A DNA stretch of 64,000 nt from the NCBI RefSeq assembly GCF_009914755.1, contig NC_060927.1; one strand, 5' to 3'. Both the position numbers and the translations under genes were made by a program. Source of the DNA: the human T2T-CHM13v2.0 reference genome, Homo sapiens. Positions 1-20,378 of the stretch are shown here, piece after piece. The notes beneath the pieces are model-generated. The model saw nothing but the letters and a program-made list of their open reading frames with translations. It was not told where the DNA came from and did no database searches. Numbering within the stretch: position 1 is the stretch's first letter; each line of letters opens with the position of its first letter.

Positions 1-19
1 CCCAATCCCAGTCAGGGTA

Positions 20-330
20 CAGTTCTCAAAGTGTGAAACTAAAAGCATCTGCATCAACTGCAAGTTGTTCGAAATGCAAAATCTCAGTTCCCACCCGACC
101 AACTGAATCACACTCAGTTTGGGATCTTCCAGGTGATTCTAAAACAGTTTAAGAATCACTATCTTTACCCTCTAAATAATTAAATCAGGTTCTCTGGGGA
201 TGAGATCCAGCCACCAGCATTTTTTTTAACTCCCTAGATGATTCTAATGTGTGGTCACAGTTGATTTTGATTCAGAAAATCTTGGGAGGGCACCAGACAT
301 CATATTTTTAACAATTCCAATTATTTCTAA
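20..330. mobile_element. Degenerate MER5-like (hAT-Charlie) DNA transposon fragments
   Basis: cagttctcaaagtgtg...gaaatgcaaaatctcagttcccacccgaccaactgaatca and tccctagatgattctaatgtg resemble MER5A/B consensus motifs; boundaries approximate. Confidence 0.55.
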
Positions 331-757
331 TGTCAATAGCCTAAAGTAGAAAATAAAGCATTCTCTCACAAATACTGACTACCATCTTCTGCTATAATGC
401 AATGTACTTTTTCTCACTGGAAAACTCCGTTTACTTCAGCTCCCTGGAATTAGACACAACCCAGGCATTTTGAAATCTGGAATTATCCAACTAAGAGGAA
501 CAGAATATAAAGAGATTAAAACATCTTCAGCCTGATTACATTCCCAGGAAGTGTATCTTGTGTTAATATAGGGATTAGAAGATACATTTATAGAAATGGG
601 ACTGCACCACAAATGTTTCAATAAATAAACATCAGGTGCATTTAGCAGAAGTCAGATGTCCACAGCCATATTTTACTGTTTTCTTATGAAATACACATTA
701 TAACTATATAGACAGAGCAAGATTACGTCTTGGGAAAAAAAAAAGAAAGAAAGAAAA

Positions 758-1940
758 TCTAAGACCTGAAACCACAAAAATTCTACAATATCAGAAAAAC
801 TCTTCTAGACATTGGCTTAGGCAAAGAATTCATGACTAAGACCTCAAAAGCAAATGCAACAAAAATAAAAATAAATGGGACCTAATTAAACTAAAAAGCT
901 TCTGCACAGCAAAATAATCAGCAAACAGGCAACCTACAGAATGGGAGAAAATATTCACAAACTGTGTGTCTGACAAAGGACTAGTATCCTGAATCTACAA
1001 GGAACTCAAATCAGCAAGAAAAAAACAATCCCATCAAAAAGTGGGCAAAAGACATGAAGAGACATTTCTCAAAAGAAGATATACAGCTAACAAGCATGAA
1101 AAAATGCTCAACATCACTAATCATCAGGGAAATGCAAATTAAAACCACAATGAGATACCACCTTACTCCTGCAAGAATAGTCATAATTAAAAAGTCAAAA
1201 AACCAACAAACAGAGGAGCATGGATGTGGTAAAAAGGCAACATTTTTACACTGCTGGTAGGAATGTAAACTACTACAACCACTACGGAAAACGGTATGGA
1301 GATTACTTAAACAAAAGTAGAACTACCATTTGATCCAACAATCCCACTGCTGGGTAAAGGTAAAGAAGCCAGGCTAAAAAGGTTACATATCAAATGATTC
1401 CGTTTGTATGGGTATCTTGCTGGGTATCTAAGCAAAGGAAAAGTCATTATATGAAAAAGACACATCCACATGCATCTATATAGCAGCACAATTCACAATT
1501 GCAAAGATATGAATCCAACCTAAGTGCCCATCAACCAATGAGTGGATGAAATAAAGAAAATATAGTATATATACACCATAAAATACTCCTCAGCCACAAA
1601 AAGGAATGAAATAATGTCTTTCACAGCTACTTGGATGGAGGTAGAGGCCATTGTTCTAAGTGAAGTAACTAAGGAATGGAAAACCAAATATGGTTATGCT
1701 CTCACTTCGAAGTGGGAGCTAAGCTATGAGGACATAAAGGCGTAAGAATGATATAATGAACTTTGGGGATTTGGGCAGTGGAGGAAGGTTTGGAAGGGTG
1801 TGAGGGTTAAAAGCCTACATATTGGGCACAGTGTACACTGCTTGGGTGACAGGTACAGTAAAATCTCAGAAATCACCACCAAAGAATTTATCCATGTAAC
1901 GAAAAATCACCTGTACTCCCAAAACTATTGAAATAAAAAA
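758..1940 (+). mobile_element. 5'-truncated L1 (L1PB/L1MA-like): ORF2 C-terminus, 3'UTR and A-rich tail
   Basis: ORF 1054-1260 ([11 protein letters not shown]...[23 protein letters not shown]...HCW) is the L1 ORF2p Cys-rich domain; ends aaaactattgaaataaaaaa. Confidence 0.9.
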
Positions 1941-2008
1941 GAAAGAATGACTTCCTTTAATGTCTCAATAGCCTACTTAATTTTATAGGAAGAAAATGTC
2001 TTTGCTGA

Positions 2009-2258
<250 letters not shown>

Positions 2259-3121
2259 TAATTTATTTTTTTTTTTTTTATGGTAGATGGGGTTTCACCA
2301 CATTCTGGATTACCAGGGTGAGACATGTCTTTCACAGCTACTTGGATGGAGGTAGAGGCCATTGTTCTAAGTGAAGTAACTCAGGAATGGAAAACCAAAT
2401 ATGGTTATGCTCTCACTTCGAAGTGGGAGCTAAGCTATCAGGACACATCCTTTGTGTATCCTTTCAGAAAAAAAAAATCCTAGATGATACTAATGTAATA
2501 TATAATCCAAATCACTAGGTTGATGACAACCACTAAATTAAAATATACAAAACGATCACTTCCACATCCCAGGTTTTTCTGAAAGAAAAATACTTTCAGA
2601 TGAAGCGGTAAGAAATTAAGAGCAAGCAGGTTTGATACATCCGAGGAAATACAAAGAACCCTCCCAAGGAGCCATATCACATGTACATCTGCTTTAAATG
2701 CTATGCCTATTACTATTCACAGCCCTCTGTTCTTCCTCTTGCCTGTAAGTTTACTTTAAAATATCTAAAATTGCCCTGTGTTGAAGAGAAACCATTTATT
2801 CTTCCCTTTCTCCTCTGTGCTGTTCTACAACATGCCTATAATGTGACAGTCCTTCCAGTTCCTAATTTTCATATACCTCCCAAATTGTTTCTTTTTCTCT
2901 ATCTAGGATGCTTTGCCTAGAATATGGTCTTCAGAAAAAATTATTTCTGGATGCTCATGCTATCCTCATTCCTAATTTTGAGCAATAAAGAACTAAGAAA
3001 GACTTGAAGATAAAGGATCACTAAACTAGGTTTCGAATCTCGGTCTGCTGAATAACTAAAAGTATTTAATCTTTTAAACTCATTCAATTTTCTCATCTGT
3101 TAAATGAACATATACAACTAA

Positions 3122-3920
<799 letters not shown>

Positions 3921-4786
3921 TGACAATCCCTACCTTGATTTAGTGCATCTTCAGAAAACTCTGAATATTGTCCTTATTTTTTAATATCCAACTTATCAGG
4001 AAAAACATATTAAAATACTCCTATTTTTGTAAAAACTGAATTTTATCCTTGACCTTTTTGCTTCTTGATTAAAACTTAACCTCAAACTGACACACCACCA
4101 CCACCATTCCCATCCTCGTGTGTGTGTGTGTATAAAATCCTAAAAGGAAAATAGTCTCTATAAAGTAGTGCTTACCCTACACATTTTCAGACAAATCCTA
4201 GAAGTTATTGTATCCTATAATCAAAAGCAGCTCAGTAAAATAAAAAATAAGAAAGATCTGAACTCGCTTCCTACCTCTGCCACTTAACAGCCGGTATGCC
4301 CCCCGGATGTAAATATGTTGAATCTCTCTGAGCATCAATTTTCTCAACTGAAAAAATCAAGATAACACCTATCTTACAGGAATTCTCTGAGGATTAAAAT
4401 AGATCATCTAATAAATCAGTATCCCTGGAATACAGCAATCACTCAATAAAAGGCAGTTAATGCTTCTGAGAGAATCATTATACAAACTCCTTCTTTATAG
4501 GCACTGAAACTTCAAATGAAAATTGTTATCACAAAATTATCAAGAGCTTCAACAGGATACAGACTAGAGAAAAAAATTATCGAGAGCTACTTCTACTTCT
4601 TTTCCCCCAGAGTTTTACTGTGCAAGATAAATTAGATTTTAACTGCTAAGTCAAACTTAATAGGTATTCTTTTACTCTTTTTTTTTTTTGAGGTAAGCTC
4701 ACAGCAGTCTCCAACTCCCAAGCTCAAGTGATCCTCCTGCCACAGCCTCCCAAGTAGCTAGGACTACAGGCATGCACCACCATGCC

Positions 4787-4787
<1 letters not shown>

Positions 4788-4840
<53 letters not shown>

Positions 4841-4872
4841 CAGAGAGACAGAGAGACAGAGAGACAGAGAGA
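4788..4872. repeat. (GA)n/(GACAGAGA)n microsatellite inside an antisense Alu
   Basis: Directly visible. Confidence 0.95.
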
Positions 4873-5088
4873 ATGAGAATGTGGTGTGTGTGTAAAGACA
4901 TGATCTCACTATGTTCAGCCCAGGCTGGTCTTGAACTCCTCTTGCCTCATCCTCCCAAAGTGCTTTTACATTTATTTTTTAAGTAAAAATCACTACTTAT
5001 AAAATTATTTCCAATAAATATTGGTCAATATTAAATTAACAAATTACTAAGTTAAATCCACAAATAAACTTACCAAGTTCAGTTATAA

Positions 5089-5274
<186 letters not shown>

Positions 5275-5667
5275 TAGTAGAGATGGGTTTTCACCATGTC
5301 GGCCAGGCTAGTCTCGAACTCCTGACCTGAGGTGATCCACCCACCCTGGCCTCCCAAAGTGCTGGAATTACAGGAGTGAGCCACCATGCCCTGCCTCACT
5401 TACAACTGAACTTAAAAACTGACTTCAATTATCCAGGTTCATTCAGATTTTAAGCTAGGAAACAGGAGATAACGTCAATATATAAAACTAAAGGCCGGGC
5501 CAGGCACGGTGGCTCACACCCGTAATCCCAGCACTATGAGAGGCCGAGGCGGGCAGATCACGAGGTCAGGAGATCAAGACCATCTTGGCCAACATGGTGA
5601 AACCCCGTCTCTACTAAAAATACAAAAATTAGCTGGGCATGGTGGCGCACACCTGTAATCCCAGCTA

Positions 5668-5871
<204 letters not shown>

Positions 5872-6761
5872 TTATAAAGCTGGCAAGAACTACAAGAAAT
5901 CAACTATTCCAGAACTCTAAAAGTCTAGTCAAACACTTATAGTGTCCATGAGTGGGCAGGATGAAGAAAGTCATTGGTTAACACTGGTGAATTTCTATAT
6001 TCCATGTAGCAGCTACCATCCCCCATTCACCAGCTAGGAGGCAAGCACTTATCAGGACAGCAGCCCACCTTTCTGATTCAGCTTGCTGATGTCAGGGTGG
6101 ACAATAAGTGCCTTGTTCAAAAATTGGGGTTGTGTGTTTTTATCTGCCTGGTGGATCACTAAGGGACCTGCATGGAGGCTGACCACTGTTTCAATCCCAT
6201 TGAGCTAAAGTGATTTATTGAGCGGCATTGCTCAGTAAACATAAAACACAGAAAACTTTTTTTCTTTACTGGATTCAGACACTCAAGGATCTGACAGGTC
6301 ACTAGCTGACCACGAAGATAACAGAACATAGGCTTCAGTGACCACACACAAATAGCAAAGTGGCAAGAGTTCTTCCTTATCAGCAATTACTTTAAATGTA
6401 AACAGCTTAAAATCGACAATTAAAAAACGTAGACTGGGGCTGGGCTCAGTGGCTTATACCTGGAATCCCAGCACTTTGGGAGGCTGAAGCAGGTGGATCA
6501 CCTGAGGGCAGGAGTTCAAGACCAGCCTGGCCAACATGGTGAAACCTGGTCTCTACTAAAAATACAAAATAATTAGCCAGGCATGGTGGCACACACCTAT
6601 AGTCCCAGCTACTCAGGAGGCTGAAGCAGGAGAATCGCTTGAACCTGGGAGGCGGAGGTTGCAGTGGGCCAAGACTGTGTCACTGCACTCCAGGCTGGGT
6701 GACAGAGCAAGACTCCATCTCAAAAACTAACAAACAAAAAAACACAGATTGGCATAAATGA

Positions 6762-7061
<300 letters not shown>

Positions 7062-8085
7062 TGATTTTTTTAAAGATGCAACTATATGCTAGTTAAAAGA
7101 GATTCACTTTAGCCTCAAAGACACATATAACTTAAAAGTAAAAGGATGGAATTATTTATATCATGCAAACAGTAACCAAAAGAGAGGAAGGGCAACAAAA
7201 CTGATAGTAGACAAAGCAGATTATAAATCAAAAGTTGTTACAAAAGACAAAGAATGGCCGGGAGTAGTGGCTCATGCCTGTAATCCCAGCACTTTGGGAG
7301 GCCCAGGCAGGCAGATCACTTGAGCTCAGGGGTTCCAGACCAACCTGGGAAACATAACAAAACTCCGTCTCTACCAAAAATACAGAAAATTAGCCAGGCG
7401 TGGTGGCATGCATCTGTAGTCCCAACTACTCAGAAAGCTGAGGTGAGAGAATCGCTTGAGCCTGGGGGGTTGCAGTGAGCTGAGATCATGTCACTGCACT
7501 CCAGCCTGGGTGAAGAGTGAGTCCCTGTCTCAAAAAAAAAAAAAAAAAAAAAAAAAGATAAAGAAGAATGCATAGTGATAAAAGGGTTAATTCATTAAGA
7601 AGATATAACAATTACACACAAAACAATGGAGCCCCGAAATTGTGTGCAAACACTGAGAGAACTAAAAGTAGAAATAGTTCAACAATAATACCTAACAATA
7701 AACTTCAATATATAATAAACTTCAATATAACAATAATAAAACTTCACTTTCAATAATGGCTAAAACATCTAGACAGAAGATCATTAAGAAAATTAAAAAA
7801 CCTGGCCAGGCGCAGTGGCTCACGCCTGTAATCCCAGCACTTTGGGAGGCCAAGGCAGGCGGATCACAAGGTCAGGAGTTCGAGACCAGCCTGGCCAACA
7901 CAGTGAAACCCCATCTCTACTAAAAAATACAAAAAATTAGCCACACGTGGTGGCATGCGCCTATAATCCCAGCTATACACCATGAACAAGTAAGATTTAG
8001 CCCAAGAATGAAGGATGGTTTATCATAAGAAAATCAATCAATGTAATACATGATATTAACAGAAGGAAAAATATCACATGATCAT

Positions 8086-8088
<3 letters not shown>

Positions 8089-8132
<44 letters not shown>
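8089..8132. repeat. (CA)n microsatellite, about 22 units
   Basis: Directly visible. Confidence 0.97.
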
Positions 8133-8134
<2 letters not shown>

Positions 8135-8148
8135 CGAAGTTCAACGTA

Positions 8149-8537
8149 TGATATTGTTTTGCTGTGTCCCCACCCAGATCCTGAATTGTAGCTCCCATAA
8201 TTCCCACGTATTGTATTGTAGCTCCCATAATTCCCATGTATTGTAGGAAGGAAAGATGGGAGGTAATTGAATCATGGGGGTGGGTCTTTCCCATGCTGTT
8301 CTCGTGATAATGAATATAAGTCTCATGAGATCTGATGGTTTTATAAAGAAGAGCTTTCCTGCACATGCTCTCTTTGCCTATTGCCATGTCAGATGTGACT
8401 TTACTCCTCCTTTGTCTTCTGCCATGATTCTAAAGCATCCCCAGCCATTTGGAATTGAGTCAATTAAACTTCTTTCCTTTATAAATTACCCAGTCTCAGG
8501 TTTGTCTTTATTAGCAGTGTGAGAATGAACTAATACA
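8149..8537 (+). mobile_element. THE1-type (ERVL-MaLR) solo LTR
   Basis: Starts TGATATTGTTTTGCTGTGTCCCCACCCA, ends GAACTAATACA; 5-bp TSD ACGTA (8144-8148) / ACATA (8538-8542); internal ~30-bp tandem duplication near 8186-8244. Confidence 0.9.
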
Positions 8538-10220
8538 ACATATTATCAGGCTAAAAAACAAACAAATGGCCAGACACAATGGCTCATGCCTATAATCCCA
8601 GCATACCGAGAGGCCAAGGTGGGAGGATCACTTGAGCCCAGGAGTTCAACAACAGCCTGTCTTGCCCAGACAGAGGCCAAGGTGGGAGGATCACTTGGGC
8701 ACAGGAGATCAAGGCTACCATAAGCCATGATCATGCCACTGCACTCCAGTCTGGAAGACAGAGTGAGACCCTGTCTCAGAAATAAACAAACAAACAAAAA
8801 ACTCAGGAAACCAGCAATAAAAGGGAGCTTAATGTGATAAGATGCATTTATGAAAAGCCTACAGTTAACATCATACTCAATGGTGAATAACTAAAAGCTG
8901 TCCCTCTAACATCAGAAATAAGACAAGAAGCCCACTTTCAACACTGCTAGCCAGGCAAGAAAAGAATTTAAAGGCATTCATATTGGAAAGGATGAAGTGT
9001 AACTATCTCTAGTCGCACATGACACAATCCTATATATAAAATATTCCAAAGAATCAACAAAAAATTCCCACTAAACTGATAAAAAAATTGAGCAAAGTTG
9101 CAGGGTATAAGATCAATATACATAAATCAGTTGTGTTCCTACACATAATAATCCAAAAAGGAAAGAAAACAAATTTATGATAACATCCAAAAATTAAAAT
9201 ATCTAAAAACAAATTTAACCAAGAAGGTGAAAGATTTGCAGAGAACTATAAAACACTGTTAAAAGAAATTAAGACTTAATTAAATGGAAAGACATCTAAC
9301 ATTCCCCAATTAGATCATTTAATATTGTTAAAATGGCAATACTCTCCAAAACAACGTACAGATTCGGTGCAACCCCTATAAAAATTCCAATGGACTTTTT
9401 TGCAAAAATGGAAAGTCCAATCCTCAAACTCATACAGAATTGCAAGGGGTCCCAAACAGTCAAAATAATATTGAAAAAGCACAATAAAATTTGAGACTAA
9501 AACTTTCCAATTTCAAATTTACTACAAAGCCAAGGGAGTCAAAACAGTGTGGTATTCGCATAAGGACAGAAATATAGACCAATGGAATAGAATGAGAGTT
9601 CAAAAATACACTCTATGGTCAACTGATTTTTGACAAGGGTACACGACAATTCAACGGGGAAGAAATAGTCTCTTCAACAAATGGTATTGGGATAATGTGA
9701 TACCCACAAGCAAAAGAATGAAGTTGGACCCTTACCTCACGCCATACTAAAAATTAAATCAAAATGGATCAGTGGCCTAAATATAAAGGCTAAAATTATA
9801 AGCTCTTATAAACTCTTAAGAGAAAACATAGAAGTAACCTACTCCACTGAATTTGGAAATGGTTTCTTACATGACACCAAAAGCCCATGTACCTAAAGAA
9901 AAATTATATAAACTGGACCTTGTCAAACTTAAAAGCTTTGTGCATCAAAGGACATTATCAAGAAAGTTAAAAGACAACTCACAAAATGAGAGAAAATACT
10001 TACGGGTCCAGTATCCAGACTACATAAAGAACTCTTACAACTCAACAACAAAAGACAAACAATCCAATTTACAAATGGGCAAAGGACTTGAAAAGACATT
10101 TTTCCAAAGAAGATAAACGAATGGCCAACAAGCACATGAAAAAATGTTCAACTTCATCGGTCATTAAAAGAATGCAAGTCAAAACCACAAAAAGATACTA
10201 CTTTACAAACTTTAGAATAG

Positions 10221-10678
10221 GGTATTAGTCCATTTTGTGTTGCTTATAACAGAATACCTGACTGGTAATTTATAATGAAAAGAAGTTTATTTCGTTCATG
10301 GTTCTGCAGCCTGAGAAGTTCAAGGGTTCAAGGGCATGGCCCTAGCTTCTGGCGACAGCTTTTGTGCTACTTTACAACATGGCAGAAAAGGTCAATGGGG
10401 AAGTGGACACATGCAAAGAGGGGAAAGTGTGAGGGATGTCGCGGCTTTACAACAACACACTCTTGCCGGAATTAATCCATTCCCTCAAGAATTAATACAG
10501 TCTCTAGAAAGCAAGAATTCACTCACTACAGTGAGAACAGCACCAGCAATTCATGAAGGATCTGCCCTCATAACCCAAATACCTCCCAATAGGTCCCACC
10601 TCCCAATATCACCACACTGGGGATCAAATTTCAACATGAGTTTTGGTGGTACAAACAAATCATATTCAAACAATAGCA
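10221..10678 (-). mobile_element. MST-type (ERVL-MaLR) solo LTR inserted in the L1
   Basis: gtattagtccattttgtgttgct...aggtcccacctcccaatatc...catattcaaacaatagca is the reverse of an MST LTR. Confidence 0.8.
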
Positions 10679-11565
10679 GGCGGCTATATTTTTTTAAAAA
10701 AAAGGAAAACAGCAAGTGTTAGCAAGGATGTGAAGGAATAGGAACTCTCATACATTGCTAGTAGAAATGTAAAATGATGCCAGCCACTGTCGAGAACAAT
10801 TTGGCATTTCTCAAAAAGATAAACAGAATTACCACATGATCCAGAAATTCCACTTCTAGGTATACACCCAAGAAAAATTAAAATATATATCCACACAGCA
10901 ATTTGTACATAAATGTTAATAGCAGCATTATTCATAATAGCCAAAAGGTGCATCAACAAATGAACTAAGAAATAAATGTGGTATATACATACAATTGAAT
11001 GTTATTTAGCCATAAAAATTAAGTACTAATATATGCTATAACTTCGATAAACATTGAAAACATGACACTAAGTAAAAGAAGCCAAATATTATATAATTTT
11101 ATTTATAAGAAATATAATAAATAAGCAAATCCATAGAGATAGAAAGCATATTAGTGATTGCCAGGAGACTGGGGGGGAGGGTGTCAAGGAAATAGGAAGT
11201 TATTACTTACGGATATGAGATGCTCTTTTGGTATAATGAAAACATTTTGAAACTAGAGATGATTGCACAACAACACAATTGCACTAAATGACACTAAATG
11301 GTATACTTCAAAATGGTTAAATATATGTTATGTGAATTTCATCTCAATAAAAAAAGACTCAGTACTGGAAAGCCAGTATGAAGTATCAAACACTAATATG
11401 AAATAAACAGTTTCTAGGCTTACTATGTTGGTATTACTACTATATAGCTACTTAAAATTGTTAGGTGCTTAGTTTCACCCCTCCCATCCCATTCGTCAAC
11501 AAGTTATTTATAGTTAAAAGTCATGGAAGTTTTGTAACATGTAGTAAATCCTGACAATTATTTAA

Positions 11566-11748
<183 letters not shown>

Positions 11749-13799
11749 TAATCCCACCACTTTGGGAGGCTGAGATGGGTGGATCACATGAGGTCAGGGG
11801 TTCAAGACCAGCCTGACCAACATGGTGAAACCCTGTCTCTGCTAAAAATAAAAGAATTAGCTGGATGTGCTGGCGCATGCCTGTAGTCCCAGCTACTCAG
11901 GAGGCTGAGGCAGGAGATTCACATGAACCCGAGAGGTGGAGGCTGAAGTGAGCCGAGATCATGCCACTGCACTCCAGCCTGGGCGACAGAGCGAGACTCT
12001 GTCTCAAAAAAAACAAAAAAAGACAGGGTCTCATTATGTTGCCCAGGCTGCCTAATTTATAACTAACTTAAATGAAGACAAATTTATTATATAGGAAAGC
12101 AGGTTACCATATCATTTACATAGAAGAACTCCAGTTATTTCTGAGTTTTGGTGAATTTTTCTCTAATCAATGAAGGGGCCCAGCTCACTCCTATAATCAC
12201 AGCAATTTGGGAGGTCGAGGCAGGAGGACTGCTTGAGGTCAGGAGTTCAAGACCAGCCTGGGCAACATCATGAGACCCATCTCTAAAAAAATAAAATAAA
12301 ATTAGCTAGGCATGGTGGCATACACCCGTTGTCCCGGCTACTAGGGAGACTGAGGTAGGAAGATCACTTGATCCCAGGAGTTCAAGGCTACAGTAAGTTA
12401 TAACCAAGCCACCTCATTCCAGCCTGGGCAACAGAACAAGACCCTCTCTCTAAAGAAAGAAGGTGGGGGGCCGGACAAGGTAGCTCATGCCTGTAATCCC
12501 AGCACTTTGGGAGGCCAAAGTGTGTGGATCACCTGAAGTCAAGAGTTGGAGACCAGCCTGGCCAACATGGTGAAACCTCATCTCCACTAAAAATACAAAA
12601 ATTAGCTGGGCATGGTGGCACACACCTGTAATCCCAGCTACTGGGAAGGCTAAGGCATGAGAATCGCTTGAACCCAGGAGGCAGAGGTTTCAGTCAGCCA
12701 AAATTGCAACACTGCACTCCAGCCTGGGCAACAGAGTGAGACCCCATCTCAAAAAATAAAATAAAATAAATTTTTAAAAGGTGGGGAGGAGGGATTGGGA
12801 ACTCCAGATAAGTATCAGACTTTATTCATAAAACAATACAACAGCATTTTTGGGGGGCTACATATACCCCTGGAAACATGCTGGGGTTTTTGTTCTTTTT
12901 CCTTCCTTTCTGGATAACCTGTCCTTAAGACCCAGAAAAGTTCACCCAAACACAATTCCAACATTAAGTTTTTATAAAAATGCTTATCAACTTTCACACA
13001 GTAATACAGTCTGATTTTATAATGGTTTTCCAGAAACTAAGCTGTTAAAATTTTGTTTTATCATTCTCTTCTCCATGCTATTTCATTTTCCCTGTATTCT
13101 GATCCTTTTCTTCCTCTCTATTACAGTGCTCCAATTCCAAAGCTCTGGTTCAAGTATTCAGAAATAAGCATTTTTCTGTCTCTCTCACACACAACACTAT
13201 GCAGTATTAAGCCTACCCGGTACTTTGCTTCTTTTCCATAGTACCAGAATTTCAAGTCTTTTTACTTCACTTCCACTGAAACAAGATTGCAATGTGCATA
13301 CTGTATTTCACTTCGATGTTGGTTTAATTATAGCCCCTCCCCCCTCCAACCATCGAGCGAAGAAACTACCTAACCCAAAATAAAGTTTGCCAAGAAGAAA
13401 AATCTAAAACTTAAAAATAGTAAATAAACCATTTTATTTAACCAACTACTTTCATGAATAGATTAAAACCATAAATGAAACTAAATGCCAAAGTCCCCCT
13501 ACCAAAAAAAAAATGAAGTGAAATGGTCATGTTATTGTGTTTGTATTTCAATATATGATACTTTACCCAGTCCTGCTTGAAAACAAAAAGGAAAATGACA
13601 CCATCAGAAGCATTATTTGTGTACCATCCTGGACTCCCTTTGGCTTTATAAATACTGGAGATGCTTTAGACAATGACTTAAACCTATTATAGAATATAAT
13701 TTTTCACAAAAACCTTTGCTATAAAACTCCTGGTTAAAGTATGACAATTTCTGAAATCCCACTTACAAAAAGAAAAATATATATATATATATATACTTA

Positions 13800-17870
<4,071 letters not shown>

Positions 17871-18173
17871 ATGTGGGGTTTTTTAACTTTTTTTTTTTTT
17901 TTAATTTAAATAGAGACAGGGTCTTGCTATGTTACTCAAGCTAGTCTCAAACTCCAGGGCTCAAGTAATCCTTTCGCCACAGCCTCCCAAAGTGTTGGGA
18001 TGACAGGTATGAGCCACTGCACCAGGGCTAGTTTGTGTTTATAATAATTATTTAGGCCCGGTGCAGTGGCTCACGCCTATTATCCCAACACTTTGGGAGG
18101 CCAAGGCAGGCGGATCATGAGGTCAGGACATGGAGATCACCCTGGCTAACACAGTGAAACCACGTCTCTACTA

Positions 18174-18364
<191 letters not shown>

Positions 18365-18476
18365 TTATATCTAATTAACTTTATGTGTTTTATTTCACAA
18401 TAAAAGGGAATTGTGAAAAACGTTTTTACAAAAGGCAAATAAATGGGAAAAACCTACCAGACATTATCAATAACTA

Positions 18477-18665
<189 letters not shown>

Positions 18666-20069
18666 TTAGCCAGTGTAGTGGTGCATGCCAGTAGTCCCAG
18701 CTACTCAGCAGGCTGAAGCAAGAGAATTGCTTGAACCTGGGAGGTGGAGATTGCAATGAGCCACGATGGCGCCACTGCACTCCAGTGTGGGCGACACAGA
18801 GAGACTTCATCTCAAAAAATAATAATAAAAATTAAAAACATAAATTGAATTTTCATGGTTCACTTTTCATGGTTCATCTCACTTAAGTCATGGCGGGCAC
18901 AGTGGCTCACACCTGTAATCCCACCACTTTGGGAGGCTGAGATGGGTGGATCACCTGAGGTCAGAAGTTCAAAACCAGCCTGACTAACATATAGTGAAAC
19001 CCCACCTCTACTAAAAAAAAATACAAAAATTAGCCAGGCATGGTGGCGGGTGCCTGCAGTGCCAGCTACTCGGGAGGCTGAGACAGTAGAATTATTTGAA
19101 CCCTACAGGCAGCGGTTGCAGTGAGCCGAGATCACGCCACTGCACTCCAGCCTGGGCGACAGAGCAAAACTCCATCTCAAAAAAGAAAAAAAAAGAAAAA
19201 AAGAACTACATTCCTGCCAGGCACGCTGGCTCATGCTTGTAATGCCAACACTTTGGGAAGCTGAGGCAGGAGGAGCTCTTCAGGCCAGGAGGCTGAAGGT
19301 GCAGTGAGCCATGATGGCACCAATGCACTTCAGCCGGGACAACTAAAGTGAGACCCTGTCTCTTTAAAAAGAAACAAACAAAAAACTCTATATTCTAATT
19401 AGCTAACCAATCCAATTATCAAAGTAACCTCTAACATTTCAGTGCTTTAAAAAAGGAGAGCAAAAACAACTGCATTCCCTCCCTGATAAGACAACTGCCC
19501 ACAGTGGAAAGTATACCATGGTGGTAAAAAGAAGCATAAACTTTCCAATTAAAGCTGCACTAACTAATTGTAAGACTTTCTGCAAATTACTATATTTTTC
19601 CAAGCCTAGTTTCCTCATATATGAAGTGAGGATAACAATACATATCTTCTGTAAATTACTTCACAGTTACGAATTGTGGTTTGGAATGATAACAACAACA
19701 TATACCACCATCATTGTCACAGGGATCAAATGGGAATTTACATAAATGGTTTATAACAGCAACGTGTACACAGCAACACTTAATCGTTTTTGTCTGTTCT
19801 ATTTCTCTTTGCTCTTCTTTGTAAATGCATACTGCATAAAACCACAAGGTATTGTTAACCCTGCCTCAACACCTATTCCCACCACCAAAAGAAATCTACA
19901 CACACTTAACCTTCTCATTATCTTATGATATTATAATATCCCTATTTTATATATGGACTGAGGCTCAAAAAAGCAGAGCTGCCTATATAGATCAGACATA
20001 GAACAAAATCAAAGCCAAGATTTACTATAAACAGTTATTGATTTTGGTGTTAAAAGCATTTTGTTACTA

Positions 20070-20378
<309 letters not shown>

